DNA of 63,881 bases, filler included, from Reticulomyxa filosa (taxonomy: Eukaryota; Protista; Foraminifera): NCBI GenBank assembly GCA_000512085.1. It is 24 parts of 24 records of this genome, joined end to end, with 100 filler letters (N's around TTAATTAATTAA, not from the genome) between each part and the next. Parts side by side here need not be neighbours in the genome. Positions count along the whole stretch, not along the records: positions 12,854 to 15,074 come from ASPP01008083.1; positions 15,175 to 16,382 come from ASPP01022957.1; positions 16,483 to 18,405 come from ASPP01046878.1; positions 18,506 to 20,822 come from ASPP01022384.1; positions 20,923 to 22,000 come from ASPP01046091.1; positions 22,101 to 24,042 come from ASPP01020915.1; positions 24,143 to 26,697 come from ASPP01014907.1; positions 26,798 to 27,895 come from ASPP01043545.1; 16 more parts are not named here. One strand, 5' to 3'. Shown in pieces: positions 13,751 through 27,315 of the stretch (within the stretch, counting starts at the first letter, position 1; each line of letters starts with the position of its first letter). The position numbers and the translations under genes were made by a program. The notes beneath the pieces are model-generated. The model saw only the letters and a program-made list of their open reading frames with translations. It was not told where the DNA came from and searched no databases.

Positions 13751-14846
13751 TATAGTTAAATGTGATAATCGGACTTGTAAATTTAAAAAAATTAAAAAAT
13801 CGGACTTAGATCTCCAAAAAAAGGTTTTAATTTTTGAACACGCAATTGTTCTGCATAAACCTTTTTAACAGGTTAATTTAAAATAATGTGGGTGATATAG
13901 ACCCATTACTTACTTTGTTTCTTTATAATTTTTATGCTTTGAAATTTTTTCCGTTACCTGACAGTTGTGTGTCTGTTAGTATTTTTGTTTAAACAACCAA
14001 ACTTATTACGATCTTATGCATAATAAATATGTCACATTTTTAACTCATTTAAAAAATTTGGATCAGTGCCGTGTATATACTTATTCGCACTTTTTTCCAC
14101 TGTGTGTCTATATTGATAATTAAAATAAGCGCAATTTAATATATTTATTCAAAAGGAAGTTAATATGGCGCAATATCGCATTGTATTTGGATAAATGTTA
14201 CAAGTTTTCCACAAAAAAAAGAAATATTAGGTGATCCACTTTCTTTTATTTACAAACAACAATTATTTGCAATATTTAATTTTTTTCGATAGATACTGTT
14301 TGTGCTTAACATTACATGTTTTTAATGCATTAGTTAATTAAATGATGTGATTAATATATGTATGTTAAACTAGGTTTAGAAATGCTATATTAATAGTAAT
14401 GCTACATATATTTCGCTTTGTATTATTTCATTGTCTGTTAATTCAATATAGTTAAAATACGTTTTCACTTGAATATTGTATGAATTAAATTGATTTTTAA
14501 TGTCAGCATTTTTTTGAAATTACTGTTAATCTTGCAAACACGTTTGGCTGAACGTGACAAAGAACGAATAAAGAAATTGAATTTCACTTAGAGTTCTAGT
14601 GGATTGTCATATAATGTCAATACGTAATGTTAAGCGTTTACCACCTCTTCTATGTGCTAGTGATGAAATTAAAAATTTGTCCAAATTCATACATATAAGA
14701 ACATGTGCATAACTTGTGATTAGTTTTTCTTCACCTACGTGTTGTACAAGCGGAACTGTTACGGCTATAGGGGTGCAAAGACAAAAGGGCGGCAGAGATG
14801 AGACTTGATTAAGCAAAAAAAAAATAATCATATATATACTATCATA

Positions 14847-15023
14847 ATGTCAAACAAGAAGCCACAAAAAGGGAAAAAGGACGTTGTTGCACAGAATGGG
14901 CATAATAATCCTCAATCAAAAAATAAAAGTGCTCAGAAGAAGCTCCAAAAGTCTGCGGGGCACGAGCATATTCGTAAAGCCGAAGAGTTGGAAAAGACGG
15001 GAAAATTTAAATTAGCAGTGCAA
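14847..15023 (+). CDS. First exon of an unknown Lys-rich protein
   Basis: ATG at 14847, MSNKKPQKGKKD..HIRKAEELEKTGKFKLAVQ, then a GT and the contig end. Confidence 0.45.
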
Positions 15024-15799
15024 GTTTAGAATAGCTGAAAAGCATTAAAAAAATAGACATCACATAAACAACAANNNNNNNNNNNNNNNNNNNNNNNNNN
15101 NNNNNNNNNNNNNNNNNNTTAATTAATTAANNNNNNNNNNNNNNNNNNNNNNNNNNNNNNNNNNNNNNNNNNNNTAGTAAATATGAAAAAAAAAGAAGAA
15201 AAAAAATGAAATGAAAAAAAAGGAAAAAAAAGGAAAAAAAAAATGAAGTAAAAAAAGAAAAAATGAAAAGATAAATGTTTATAATTTTATTTTTTAATTT
15301 TTTTTGTTGAAGAATTGTTGCTCGTGCGAGTGCAACAACAATAGTTAAGTATTTTTTTTGTTTTGTTTATTTATTTAAAAAAATTGATAACATACTTATA
15401 ATATTGTAGATTGGCATTGGACCAGGTCATTCGCATAATCAAATGCGAGCTAAAAAATGTGGTGGATATATAAAGTGGATGATTGCAAGAATCAAGCATT
15501 GCACTAGACTCAGCGGCACGATACAACCAACAGCGCCATTTTCATTATTATTCAACGTAGCTGCTGTATCATTATCTCCATTTTATTTGTTGGCGGCAAC
15601 GCATTGAACATGTCGTATATATGAATAAACATTTATTCGTCGTTTGGATGATTCTTCTATTGACATATATGAGTATCATCTGCTCGCATTTCAAATCATA
15701 AATAATTCTTTTCTGACAACATCCAGAACTCGCTACTCAACATACAAGCTATTCCTGAAAGTGAAGTTATCTCAAAAAAAAAACACAAACACCCACCAC

Positions 15800-16240
15800 A
15801 ATAGTCGTATCGTCCAGCTCCATTGATAAAAATGTACCGGAATAGTCTTTATTAGACAAAGGTGGCAATGTGAACTCGAAGAAGCTCTATACATAATCGA
15901 TATTTTACGCGCTTAAGAATTGAATGTTGCCTTCAAGATACCACCGAACATGCAGTCCTACGTTTTCAATATCGTATCCTTTGCTGATCATATTTGGTCG
16001 AATTGAAAGCATTGAACGACTTTCCTCGGTTGCAAATGATATTGGCACTCCGATAACAGTGTGCTCCATTGTCTCCTCTTCAAGTCTCATTTGAATATCG
16101 GTCAAATACCGAGCATGACCAGCCAATTTGTGAATATGGTCTCCAATTTATTAATGTCGCCGTTGTCAAGTTAGTATATCGTTCATCTGGGAATCGGTGG
16201 CGAGCACATGTGCATTTAGTAACGTCCAGAAAAAATGAAC
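15800..16240 (-). pseudogene. Possible cadherin-like repeat remnant
   Basis: RLEEETMEHTVIGVPI..GNIQFLSA*NIDYV*SFFEFTL loosely resembles cadherin xExxxxGTxIG and LDYE patterns, with in-frame stops. Confidence 0.25.
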
Positions 16241-16482
16241 ATACGGATCGCACTCAATAATCTTGTAATGATTTTGCAAATTTATCTATTTGCATATATC
16301 TACAATTACAGTATCAATCTTAAAGTATAATCATACCGACGAGTGACCACAGTATTGACAAAGGCAACGTTCTCTATTTCAANNNNNNNNNNNNNNNNNN
16401 NNNNNNNNNNNNNNNNNNNNNNNNNNTTAATTAATTAANNNNNNNNNNNNNNNNNNNNNNNNNNNNNNNNNNNNNNNNNNNN

Positions 16483-19400
16483 AAAAAAAAGAAAATTGAT
16501 TGCTACTTTTGATTCTGAAATCATTTCCTAAAACTTATTTTGTTATTATCATTTGACGTATTTCCATTTCAGAGTGCCCCGTAAAAGAGGGGGCAAACAG
16601 AAGAGAAACGATTGAGTGGAAACTTGTCTCTCTAAACTGCAACATGGACTCGTCGCTGGTATATGAAAATATATTAACAACATTGCAAATCTTAGTTGTA
16701 GTTCCAGTTGTGTCAAGTGCAAAATATGTAACTAGAGACAGTTCAAAGGAAAACGTGCAAATACATTCGAATAATCACGACAACATGGGCACAACAACAA
16801 TATCATTGAATATGTTTGTCAGCTACTCTCTCAGGCAAACACGAAAATCGAAAATGTGGAAGTATGTGCCATCTCCACAATTTTGTAACAATGTAAAAAG
16901 AGTGTCATTGGCGCAATTAAAAAACTCACGTATACGCATTCTCAAAAGCACCTTAATGATCGACCCAACGCAATCCAATGAAAGTGTAAATACAAAAACA
17001 CCAGCAATGAATATTTTCATGTCTACATCGCGCATATCAGCGACATCATACATATTAATCTTCAAATCAAAATACAGGTAAATAACAGTAATTAAAAGAT
17101 TTAATGTAAAAAAAAAAATGCTTATGAAAAAAAAGGGAGTTTACGTATAGCAATAGATGATAAGGGGATGATGGATTGTATATATGGTTGATTTGACTTC
17201 AGATTGATTTTTTTAAAAAAAACAAAAACATAGTGACTTGGAAATTAGCGAGTATATCACAATCTTGTTAATGAAGAATAAAGTTGAAGACAATTGCTTG
17301 GGTGCGGATGTTGGACTTTGCAAAAATTCAAAATCACAATCCGTTTTAATTGTGACACCATACGTTGGAAATGTGGAATTGCTGCGACTGTATGTATCAT
17401 TAGAAGCAACATTCAGTATTCATGCCACTGTGTCCATTCGACAATGGTGTGCATATCATCGCCATACATCCTCGTCTATTCTTCGCTCACCAATGCACAA
17501 ATCGATTTACAATATCATTTTGCAAATGATATTCGACATTGCAATGTTAGGTTCCTTTTTTTTTTTGCAACATCTTTTTTTCTTAAATACAAACAAACAA
17601 CAAAAAAATTGATAGATTATACCATATGGCGAAGTTCAAATTGAACATGGACGGACGAGGACGAATTGACAAATGGACGGGCCAGTTGCGATTGCTGGCG
17701 ACAAAAAGTCAGTCGTCATTGCATTGTTTAGCACCTGCCTTAATGGCGATAGAAGCGCTGTTTGCGCAAATTAGGATGTGTAAAAACACAACTGACAAGC
17801 AATCAAATTGCGAGTCAGTGGTGATAGCCATCCTTTTTTGTACATCAGAGCTACTTCTCCAAGGCATGGTCTACAAATGCACTTATGCCACCAACAACAC
17901 TATCGCATTTCAACAATTACTTCAATCAACACATGATCCAGCTCCTGCTCCAACACTCATATACACAGCGCAAATCGTTATTGGAATCACAATGCTTTGG
18001 AGTTTTGATGATAATATCCAAAATTTTCATTGCACCATCCACATCAAAATGTGACCGATATGGCCTTGTTAAGTAATTTTGTATTTTATTTTTTGTTGTT
18101 GTGATATAAATTATTCGTTTGTGTGTTACTTGCATATGTTCAATGAATAAGGAGCTAGGTGATGTACAAGTGATTGATGAAATGGAACCGCGCACAATGA
18201 ATGGATATTACATTTAATTGCGCTTGTGGCGATGCAAGAGACAGGCATACAGGCAATTACAAAGCGCCAAGAGAATGTAATATCTTTTGTGTTTTATTTA
18301 TGCGACTTATACCTATATTATGTGTTGTATACAATAGGACATAACAACGTGACACAAAGAGAAAAGAATACGGGGTAGAAACCACCCTGTCTCCGAAAGG
18401 AGAAANNNNNNNNNNNNNNNNNNNNNNNNNNNNNNNNNNNNNNNNNNNNTTAATTAATTAANNNNNNNNNNNNNNNNNNNNNNNNNNNNNNNNNNNNNNN
18501 NNNNNTGAGTATATCGGAGCATATCAAATCTCCAAGCTGTGTGTTTCACCAAAAGTATTGCTTTGTCCATTACATTTCGTTGCAACGCATAGATTGCCAA
18601 ATATCTCTGTTTCACTAACGGTTTTATCTCCAGTTTGTTGGAATTCTGTTCCTTTTTTAATCTTCGCAAAGTGTCCAATATTCAAATCATGTCTCCAATG
18701 TCCACATTTCCAACGAGTGATTCTTTCCTCTTTTCGTTTGCTAGTCCATGCAATGATCCAAGGACAAGGTCTCAATATTTTGTACGTGTTTTCTTTTTGT
18801 TTGTAGCTTTATCACCTAGCTCACCATTAACTCCACTGTTTGTGAATTTGGAGTATTCTAGTCCCTGTCAATTTAATGACAAAAAAACAAATTAATTCGC
18901 TATCATCGATTTTGAGAACACACGAACAAGCAAAATATATTTATTAAAAAAGCGCTTTGAATAAATAAAAAAAAAAAGACAAAACAGTCGCGGCTTCACT
19001 TTGATGAAATACTCTAATCATTTCTTGTCGATCTTGCTTGGACGACGATAGCCAGGTTTTTTTGTATTGAGAAAACAATCCAATCACCAAACGAATTGCG
19101 ATAATCCACAATTTGAATATTCTCCACCAAACTGATACCCAATTTGCATCTTTGATGTGTGTGTGGCATTGGAAACCACATACAACATAGTTGCAAGTAC
19201 ATATAACATGTAACCATGGGCACTTGAATAAATGACTCAAATCACCATAATTGGAGTGAATGCATTATGTTCGAGATGAATGTTATTTGTTGTGATTGCA
19301 AAACACATAACACTCCATTGCCACTTTTGCTTCGTTTTCATCCTTTCCCAGTGATGTATTGTATCTATCTTTTTTATCCACTTTGTCTATATGGACATGG

Positions 19401-20822
19401 ACACGTCTTGCCTCTTACAATAGGCTTGTACTTCTTGCACTGGTACATTGTCATTGTCGTCATTCCTCTTACACGCGGTCAATTGCTACTTATCATGTTG
19501 TTTGAAGTAGTCGATAAACTCCTAAATTATTGGTCCATATTTTCGTCTTCCCTTTTTTTCTTTCCATTAATATCCTCTTCCTCCTTCTCTCACTCCAAAT
19601 CAAAACTAAAGCACTTCACAATAAAGGGACATATGTTTACATTGCCTTGATTAATGCATATTACAACCACTGAAAATGTGTACAAACAATATGTATCCAT
19701 ACCAACCTTTAAATAGTGGCTGCTATCCTGCAAGTCGACGTTCATGTTTTTTTTTTGTGTCTTCTCTTTTTTTTCTTGGGCTGCATGCTGATGTGTGAAC
19801 CTAACCATGAAGCAACCAGTCTTTGCAATATTCCAAGAAAGCTGAGTTGGATACCAACAGCGTTGCGATGGATATATGAATTCACATAGTTTCTTTCATC
19901 TTTGTTGGCAACTCGTAATGCGATTATATTTATGATCGACAATGTAATTGTGGCGTGCTCCTCAGATGATGCTTGATCAATTTGTTGAGAAGTTTCCAAG
20001 ATTATTGAGTTTAATCCACATCTTATTTGTTGACACGTTTCCACATTCAACATTGTGTTCAAATCGTTTTTTCTTGCAATACCTTCATTTAATAACACTC
20101 TATTTGACGACTGTATCAATGAGTTTTCATGTTAATACGTTCAATGTTGACTGTCCATGGCGACACAATTTGTAGAGGATATAATTTGGGCAGCAGAAGC
20201 AATGAGCACACAATTCAAGTATTTACAATAGTGCCAATATTATATGACGTTTTTCACATATCCAAGAATTCATTGCTTGCGCAACAACCAAGATATAGTC
20301 TGCAAATAGATTGTGTATTATATGTCGACGCTGCTTTGGGTAACCTTTTGATAATTCATAGCGCTTTCACTTGCAATGTTTTGTGTGAATATTATTCTTA
20401 GCCATAAATCTTTTGGATTGCTTCAATCTACAGTAAACACAAAAAAAGCCAAATAATAACTCACCAATTGAAGATTATTGTGGAGGGGATCGATGATGAT
20501 GAAAGAAGAAGTGCTCGAATTTCATTTTGATTGGCTATATGGACATGACTGGCTTTTCATGTGTGCCAGCAATAACTGCAACAACTTTCGTTATGTCATT
20601 GATACCCTCTTTTGGCTAGAGGATTATTTGAGTGAGTATTGCTCATTCGTGTCTTGATATGACACCTTGGAGGTAATATCCAATTTGTGAAGATATTCCA
20701 ATGCTGCAACAATTGAGATCATGTGTCATTGCAAATTGAATATTCATATTCTATCGGCAATTATGGATTTAATAGAACTGCAAGTCGATTGTTGCAAAGA
20801 GCATGTAAGTGTGATTTGTTCT
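16483..20822. pseudogene. Two contigs (16483-18405, 18506-20822) of decayed coding-like DNA
   Basis: Short broken ORFs on both strands with protein-like snippets (e.g. minus-strand IVAALEYLHKLD near 20680-20720) but no coherent spliced frame found. Confidence 0.3.
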
Positions 20823-20975
20823 NNNNNNNNNNNNNNNNNNNNNNNNNNNNNNNNNNNNNNNNNNNNTTAATTAATTAANNNNNNNNNNNNNNNNNNNNNN
20901 NNNNNNNNNNNNNNNNNNNNNNTATTGTTTAAAAATACTGTTGGACAAATATGTACACATATATATGTATATAAG

Positions 20976-22000
20976 ATTGTGGTGCCATTGGCAATATTTA
21001 TTCGGCTCATCATTATGCAAACAACTACATTGAAGCCGCGGAAATGACAATTAAAGGATTGTGCGATTGGTTGGGAACTGTGGCTTTCCTGCAGACGATC
21101 AATATTACTTGCTTTATGCGTCACGGTAAATTATATATATATATGTATATATGCATATACATATATGTATATAAAACCACAAAAAAAAACAACAATTCAG
21201 TACTTAAATTGCAAGAGAAATGGGGGTTTTGTGTTCTTTGTGATGGGAACCGGAACTTGTCCAGAACGGAACATTGCCGGACATTATATTGATAACTCAT
21301 TACAGCGCGTTTTACCGGTGTGGTTTCAATTAGGTCTGTTTTAATGATTATAAATTGTGTTTCTTTCAAGACAGAAGCAAAGACAAAATACAGTTTGGTA
21401 ATTGCTGTGATACAGGATTGTTGGATGATCAAAGTAGCATAAAATGGAATAATTACAGTTTGCAAGAGTTATATACAGAGCACATTTCATTGGCGTATGA
21501 AATGGCAGTGCAATCGATGGTATTGTTAGAAAATGTCGGCAACACATTGCCGTTCAAACGCAGCGAAATGAACCAAACAATTTGGGCGATTGTCGGTCCT
21601 TGCGCGAACAACTCGGTGTGCTATCGCGGAGATTACACTGCGGAACCAGAGAGCATCATACCTCCGTATTTGGCGTTTGTAAGTGAATTCAATGCGTCGA
21701 ATTTATTGTATGCGCCCGGTTGTGTGGACACTGCCTGCAGCGAGTTGAATCCTGAAATGGTGGATGCGCTTTTGAATGTCGTAAAGCAGGCCGATGTCGT
21801 GATTTATGTTGGAGGGATTAGCACTCAACAAGAAACTGAGGGAATCGATCGAAGCAAAATTGAGCTGCCTTCCAATCAATCTGTGCTGTATCATAAAATG
21901 TATGATGTGATTATGTTGCAACGCAATGGCGGTAATAATATCACTTTGATTAGCACTTTGTGCTATGGCGCGCCCGTCACGGATATCTTCTTATTTCAAA
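20976..22000 (+). CDS. Glycoside hydrolase family 3 (beta-xylosidase-like), internal fragment
   Basis: (D)CGAI nucleophile motif right after an AG at 20975, then IDNSLQRVLPVWFQLGLF, HISLAYEMAVQSMVLLEN..LP, AIVGPCAN, ADVVIYVGG, ETEGIDRSKIELPSNQ. Confidence 0.9.
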
Positions 22001-22469
22001 NNNNNNNNNNNNNNNNNNNNNNNNNNNNNNNNNNNNNNNNNNNNTTAATTAATTAANNNNNNNNNNNNNNNNNNNNNNNNNNNNNNNNNNNNNNNNNNNN
22101 AATATATATATATATATATGTATATGTACATATATGTATATACACATACACGTATATGCGCCTGTTTGTTATATAAAATGGTGGAGATAGAAAAAAAAAA
22201 AAAAAAATGATACCATAGAACATGGAATTAGGATTGAAGCGACATCAAGAAGATTACGACAACGGAAGAAATTGGTGATAGTAGGTGAAAAGAACCTGGA
22301 GGGGTTAAAGAAGCTACTGGTCGTCACACACACAATGAGATGACTGCCGTGCAGCACCAGCAAGAGAAACAACTTCCAAAAAAAAATGAAGCCATTGAAA
22401 TGATAACACAAAATGTTTCGGTTTTTTTTTAAAAAAAAAAAAGTAAATAAATAATGTATATCATTACAC

Positions 22470-24000
22470 TTGGAATGATAAAAAACAGTCGAAAGAAACG
22501 CAGCAAGCATTGGAAAGAGGAAGTTTGAAGGAAAAGCACGAAGAGTATGAGGACAAAGTGTGACGACTACAGCGAAGAGAACGACAGTGTTCACAAGCGA
22601 ATGGAAGTGGTTGTAACGAAACTGAAAGAGCTGCGACAGCACGTGATTGCAGTGAGTGAAGAACATCGGATGGCATTGCAACGACATCAACACAAGATGG
22701 AAATGCTGGGAGAGTCGGTCCATCGCACAAACTTGGATTTGTTGGAACAAACGGCGCAAAACAACGAGATGCGCGTCGTGATAGCAAACTTGAAAGAGAG
22801 CTGCAAAATGCACGTGGCGTAGCCGAAGAAACCAAAGTCATGAAAGAATACGAAAACAGGCTATTTGACATGATGAGGAAATATCATTGCGGAACAGACA
22901 GCCGCTCTGCAGCCTCGTCTTTATCGGCAACCATGGAAAAAGGCAATAAAAGAGATATTTGGAACTTTGCTTTGCATCGAATGGACAAACTCGAACATCA
23001 ATACAAGCAAATTCAATATCTGCTGGCGCAATTTCGCCATTATGAAGAGGATGCGGATGAGGATGGAGAAATAACATTGCAAGAGAACAGACGAGAGGTA
23101 ACGTGTAACGTGATTCTCGAAAACCATGACAGTTTACTAGAGGAGATCAAGGCATTGAAACAAAAAGAATGGGACTTGGAACACAACAATAAATTGCAAA
23201 TGCAACAAATCGACGAGCTGACCAAAGCCTTGGACTTGTTGACAACCAAGCACGAGACAGACATGGCTGCACTGAACGAAGAAATGGAAAAGGTATCGGC
23301 GAACCATCTTTTGGCAGACTTTAAAGCCGTATCGAATGAACGCCTCGTCATCCAATCGCGCAAAGAAAAAAACGAATATCAACAACAACTCGAACAGCAG
23401 TCGAAGCAATTGCGACAGCAAGAAACCGCCTTTGCGGAATATCGCACCAACACGTTACGCGCAGAAAGAGATTTGACAGCTCAACTGACTGACGCGCTTT
23501 CGAAATGTCAACAGTTGGAAGAATCGCAAGCCCATGCCAAAAAGGCCGAACAAGAGCTGCGAAAGCAATTGCAAGGGACGACAGAAGACAAGGCCGCGTT
23601 GCATGCAAAGTTGCAACAGCTGCAGCAGCAAGCGCAAAGCGACGAAAACAGATGGAAGGCGCAGGTGACGGACCTCTTGGACAAGTATCAGATGGTCGAG
23701 GAAAAATGCTGCGAACAGTGCCATGAATTGCAATTACTGCGGAATCAACTGGTTACGGCCACCACGAAAGTGGAGCACACGACGAGCCAATTGGACGAAC
23801 AAGCCAAGCAATGGCAGCAATACCATCACCAGGTTGAAGCGCGATGTAGCCATTGGCATCTCGTCCATGCCAACCTGCACAACGAATTGCAAGGCGTTAC
23901 TTTTCAAACTGCCGTGCATCACGTCTTGCGACAACGATGGAAAAAAAATAGGACGAAACATGAATCGCAATTGGTACAGTCGATTCAATTGCTTCATCAG
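22470..24000 (+). CDS. Coiled-coil protein fragment
   Basis: E/Q/K/L-rich heptad pattern in ORFs 22547-22822 and 22840-24021. One extra A near 22793 joins them (LKRELQNARGVAEETKVMKEY). Confidence 0.75.
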
Positions 24001-24277
24001 GTCTTATATACGTATACGTAATATTTATTATTATTATTATTANNNNNNNNNNNNNNNNNNNNNNNNNNNNNNNNNNNNNNNNNNNNTTAATTAATTAANN
24101 NNNNNNNNNNNNNNNNNNNNNNNNNNNNNNNNNNNNNNNNNNTTTTTTTTTTTTTTTTTGTCTCCCTCTCTATGGTATAATGAGACTCCTTGACTCTGAG
24201 TGACTTTCTTTGTTGCTCTTTTTTTTTGTCGAGCTTGTTGATGAAACCCAAAAAAAAAATATTGGAAATAACCAAAG

Positions 24278-24795
24278 GTGCCAAAGTCCATTGTGTGAAC
24301 CGTAAAGGCGCGGAAGAAGATCCCACATTCGGAATATGCCTTCACAGCCTTGGTATTTTACCAGCAAATACATTGGATCGCTCTTTTCGTGAGCGGTTCT
24401 TACCGTTTCGTCCAGGAGATCACAGAGAAAAAGTTCCGCGAACACATACTTGGTTTTGGACATTCAAACATCCCAAAGTAGGTGCATTAAACGAATGTTG
24501 CTCCGCTGCTCCCATCTCTTTTCACAACTACAAACGAAATGCCGAGAGCTCCTTCCAGGAATTAAGCAACTTGTATAATGTACCCGAAGGTGTCAATGGC
24601 AAAATATTTGAAGTGCCCAACAAACCCACTCCGTTTTTGCACGACGACTTGCCTTTTCAAGTGGATAAATATATGAACATTCCAGATCCACCAAGAGGTC
24701 AACGTATTTGGAAAGGGCCCTCAGTTGGAATGGTTTGTTTTCAGTGTGAAAGTTTTCGTTACAAAAATTACAGCACTCATCTAAGTCATGTTTAA
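24278..24795 (+). CDS. GT31 core-1 beta-1,3-galactosyltransferase-like (C1GALT1 family), C-terminal exon
   Basis: EEDPTFGICLHSLGI, DRSFRERFLPFRPGDH, WFWTF and CCSAAPISFH match the family pattern ED..G.CL..G / D..GRERF.PF.P..H / CCS..AISFH. Exon start is approximate. Confidence 0.85.
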
Positions 24796-25183
24796 CATCA
24801 TCAAACCTTACTTTTTTTTTTTTTTTTTTTTTGCATCGCGCTTGTCAACACCATTTCATGAATTATTACACAATCTTTGTGATTTGTTTGATTTGTCTGT
24901 TTTGTGATTGTCGCGAATGTTCAAATGTTGTTTATGCATTGGAAGTTAATATAATAGTTTTACCGGCTGTGTTGACCACTAGCATTTCTTTTCTAACTTA
25001 AACCGAACGTCAAAAACTTAAAACCTAAACGTACATTTATAAAAAATTTATATGACTAACAGCTTCTATCCACACAAACTTTTGTGATTGGTGGTGTACG
25101 AACTAAATACTGAGATGTAATAAAAAAAAAAAAAGAAGCTGACACAATTTACTCCATTTTTTTTGCTTTGTTTTAAGCAAATC

Positions 25184-26581
25184 TCAAAGGCCTTGCGTGT
25201 TTTTTTCCGTTGGAGAGAGCAGTTGATCGTCAATCATATGCTCTTCACTATCTAGGAATTCAACTACATGTTCGCCTCTTTTTTCCAACACATATCCACG
25301 CATTTTATATCGATTGTCCAGATTAGTGTCTTTGGGATCAATTGGTTTGAAATTCCCTTTTTTTTTTTATTTTTTTTATTTTTCACTGTTTGCATTTGTT
25401 AAAAAAAACAAGTTTGCAAATATCTCTACGTACCAGCCTCCATTTTTACGGTCAAATTCCGGATGACAACTTTGGAGTTGCATTTTGCGCGAATGATTAA
25501 AGTGCCGTCCAATTCCAAATTGTGTATTTCAATGAACTCTCCATCAATAGCTAAGGTAGAATCTCCAGTGATATGCACATTTCCTTTGATTTTGCTTTGT
25601 ATTTCTTGGACAGTAACGGCAAAGGATGGATGCAGAACCACTCTTGCACCATATTCCACTGGGATATCACCAAAAAACTTGATTTTCGGTTCACTTTCAT
25701 CAATTCTGGCGCCACCAGCTCGCAATAGCTCGCGATAACATCGATACATACCAGCTTCACCAGAAAATGCTGTCATGGCATATCCTAGTAAGCCATAATT
25801 TTTTTGCGCATCCACAATGTTGTATTTCACCGGCACAAATGCAAACCAAGACGCATACTGAGTAACTCCGACAGCTTCTTTATCTTTTCCAGCTATTTGT
25901 CCATATAGGTTACACAAATTAAATACGTGAAAAGAAAGAAAAAAAAAAAAAAAAAGATGAAAGGGCGAAAAAGAGATAAAGAGAGGAAAAAATGGACTCA
26001 CTCAAAGCTTTTGAATAGTCCTGCATCATTGATTCAAGCACTGCGAATGATTTAAACAGAGTTTTAGTTTCGTCAGCATATGTTACATTGATAAACTCAG
26101 GAATGGCACCTTTGCTTTTTTCCAGCACCCGATTATACGTACCTAGCTTTAAAATGAATGTATTGCAATTGCCAGGGTATTTGCTATATCCAGTTAAACT
26201 ATCCATCACATCTCCTTCGCTATTTCCACAGGAGCGTTGCAGCAGTGAATCCAATTGATTGTATGTCACACTAGTCGTTAATTTATCGCCATTGCCAGTG
26301 TGGCTTAATTGAACGATCGTATCAAAAGGTTGTTTTGGTTTCCGAGGGATTGTGACGAAATTCATATCAAACTGATTGACTACACTCACTCCCAAAGCAC
26401 TAATTAGACTTCGCATGGCCACGCCATTGGTATCTTGCAAAAACACCAGCCAATCAATTCCCATTTCCTTCCATTTTTGAGCTGTTCCTGTGGAATACAT
26501 TAGCGCATGAACAACGCCATGTCCTCCTCGCTTTGATGAAATTTCATATTTTCCCTCCATTGCAAATTCAGCATTACTATT
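25184..26581 (-). CDS. USP: UDP-sugar pyrophosphorylase-like protein (divergent), 5' truncated
   Basis: GHGxVH, WLVFLQDTNG, ALGVS, YNQLD, YPGN, IPEFIN, LESMMQDY, FVPVK and C-terminal MRGY. Exons about 26581-26002, 25892-25434, 25356-25184. Confidence 0.9.
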
Positions 26582-26660
26582 CTTTTGTTTTGTTTTATGT
26601 GCATTCTATATTGTTCATCATGATATATTATACATTTTTGCTGTAGAAACCTCTTTTTTT

Positions 26661-26691
<31 letters not shown>

Positions 26692-27315
26692 GGGGGANNN
26701 NNNNNNNNNNNNNNNNNNNNNNNNNNNNNNNNNNNNNNNNNTTAATTAATTAANNNNNNNNNNNNNNNNNNNNNNNNNNNNNNNNNNNNNNNNNNNNAAA
26801 CGCGTTTCATCTTGCTTTGAATACTTATTTTTTTTTTTTGTAGTTCTTTTTTTAGGTCGAGACATGATTGTCTCTTATTTTTATTTATTTACTTTTTTTT
26901 TTTTTTGAAGTTTTCCTTTTTATTTGGGGAACGACAGATGTTGCTGTCTTTTACTTGGACAAAAAAATAAGTGTGGTGTTTTAACAAATCGTACTTCCTG
27001 GGGCACTTTTATTAATAATGAAAACAGAGTTTCAACAATGAAATAAACCTTAATTTTGTATGAACTCAGACAATGCAATGTTAGTTAAGATCGATATAAA
27101 GAAGCGATAGATTATATGGAAAATAGATGCAACTGCAAAAAAAAATACATAATTGAAATGTAACGTTATACATTAAGTAAATACCATGTTTTACCGAAAG
27201 TGTTTTCTTTCAAGTTAACAAGTCTTAGTTTGCCTAAGTTTTTAAGAGGGACAGTTTGAATAAAAATTCTAGCATCAAGGCAGTTCATTTGTAAATAGCG
27301 ATAGAGAATTGACGA

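Noticed and set aside
20670-20730. Protein kinase call from minus-strand IVAALEYLHKL
   Set aside because: No HRDLK, DFG or APE motifs follow.
1700-20822. Alternative genetic code or stop-codon reassignment explaining the in-frame stops
   Set aside because: Conserved genes (H2A, NADK, APC11, ABC, TPR) have no internal stops and end in TAA/TGA. Broken regions contain all three stop types plus frameshifts.
26655-26697. Poly-T followed by poly-G as a G-quadruplex or telomere-like element
   Set aside because: Pure homopolymers at a contig end, within an intron; unreliable.
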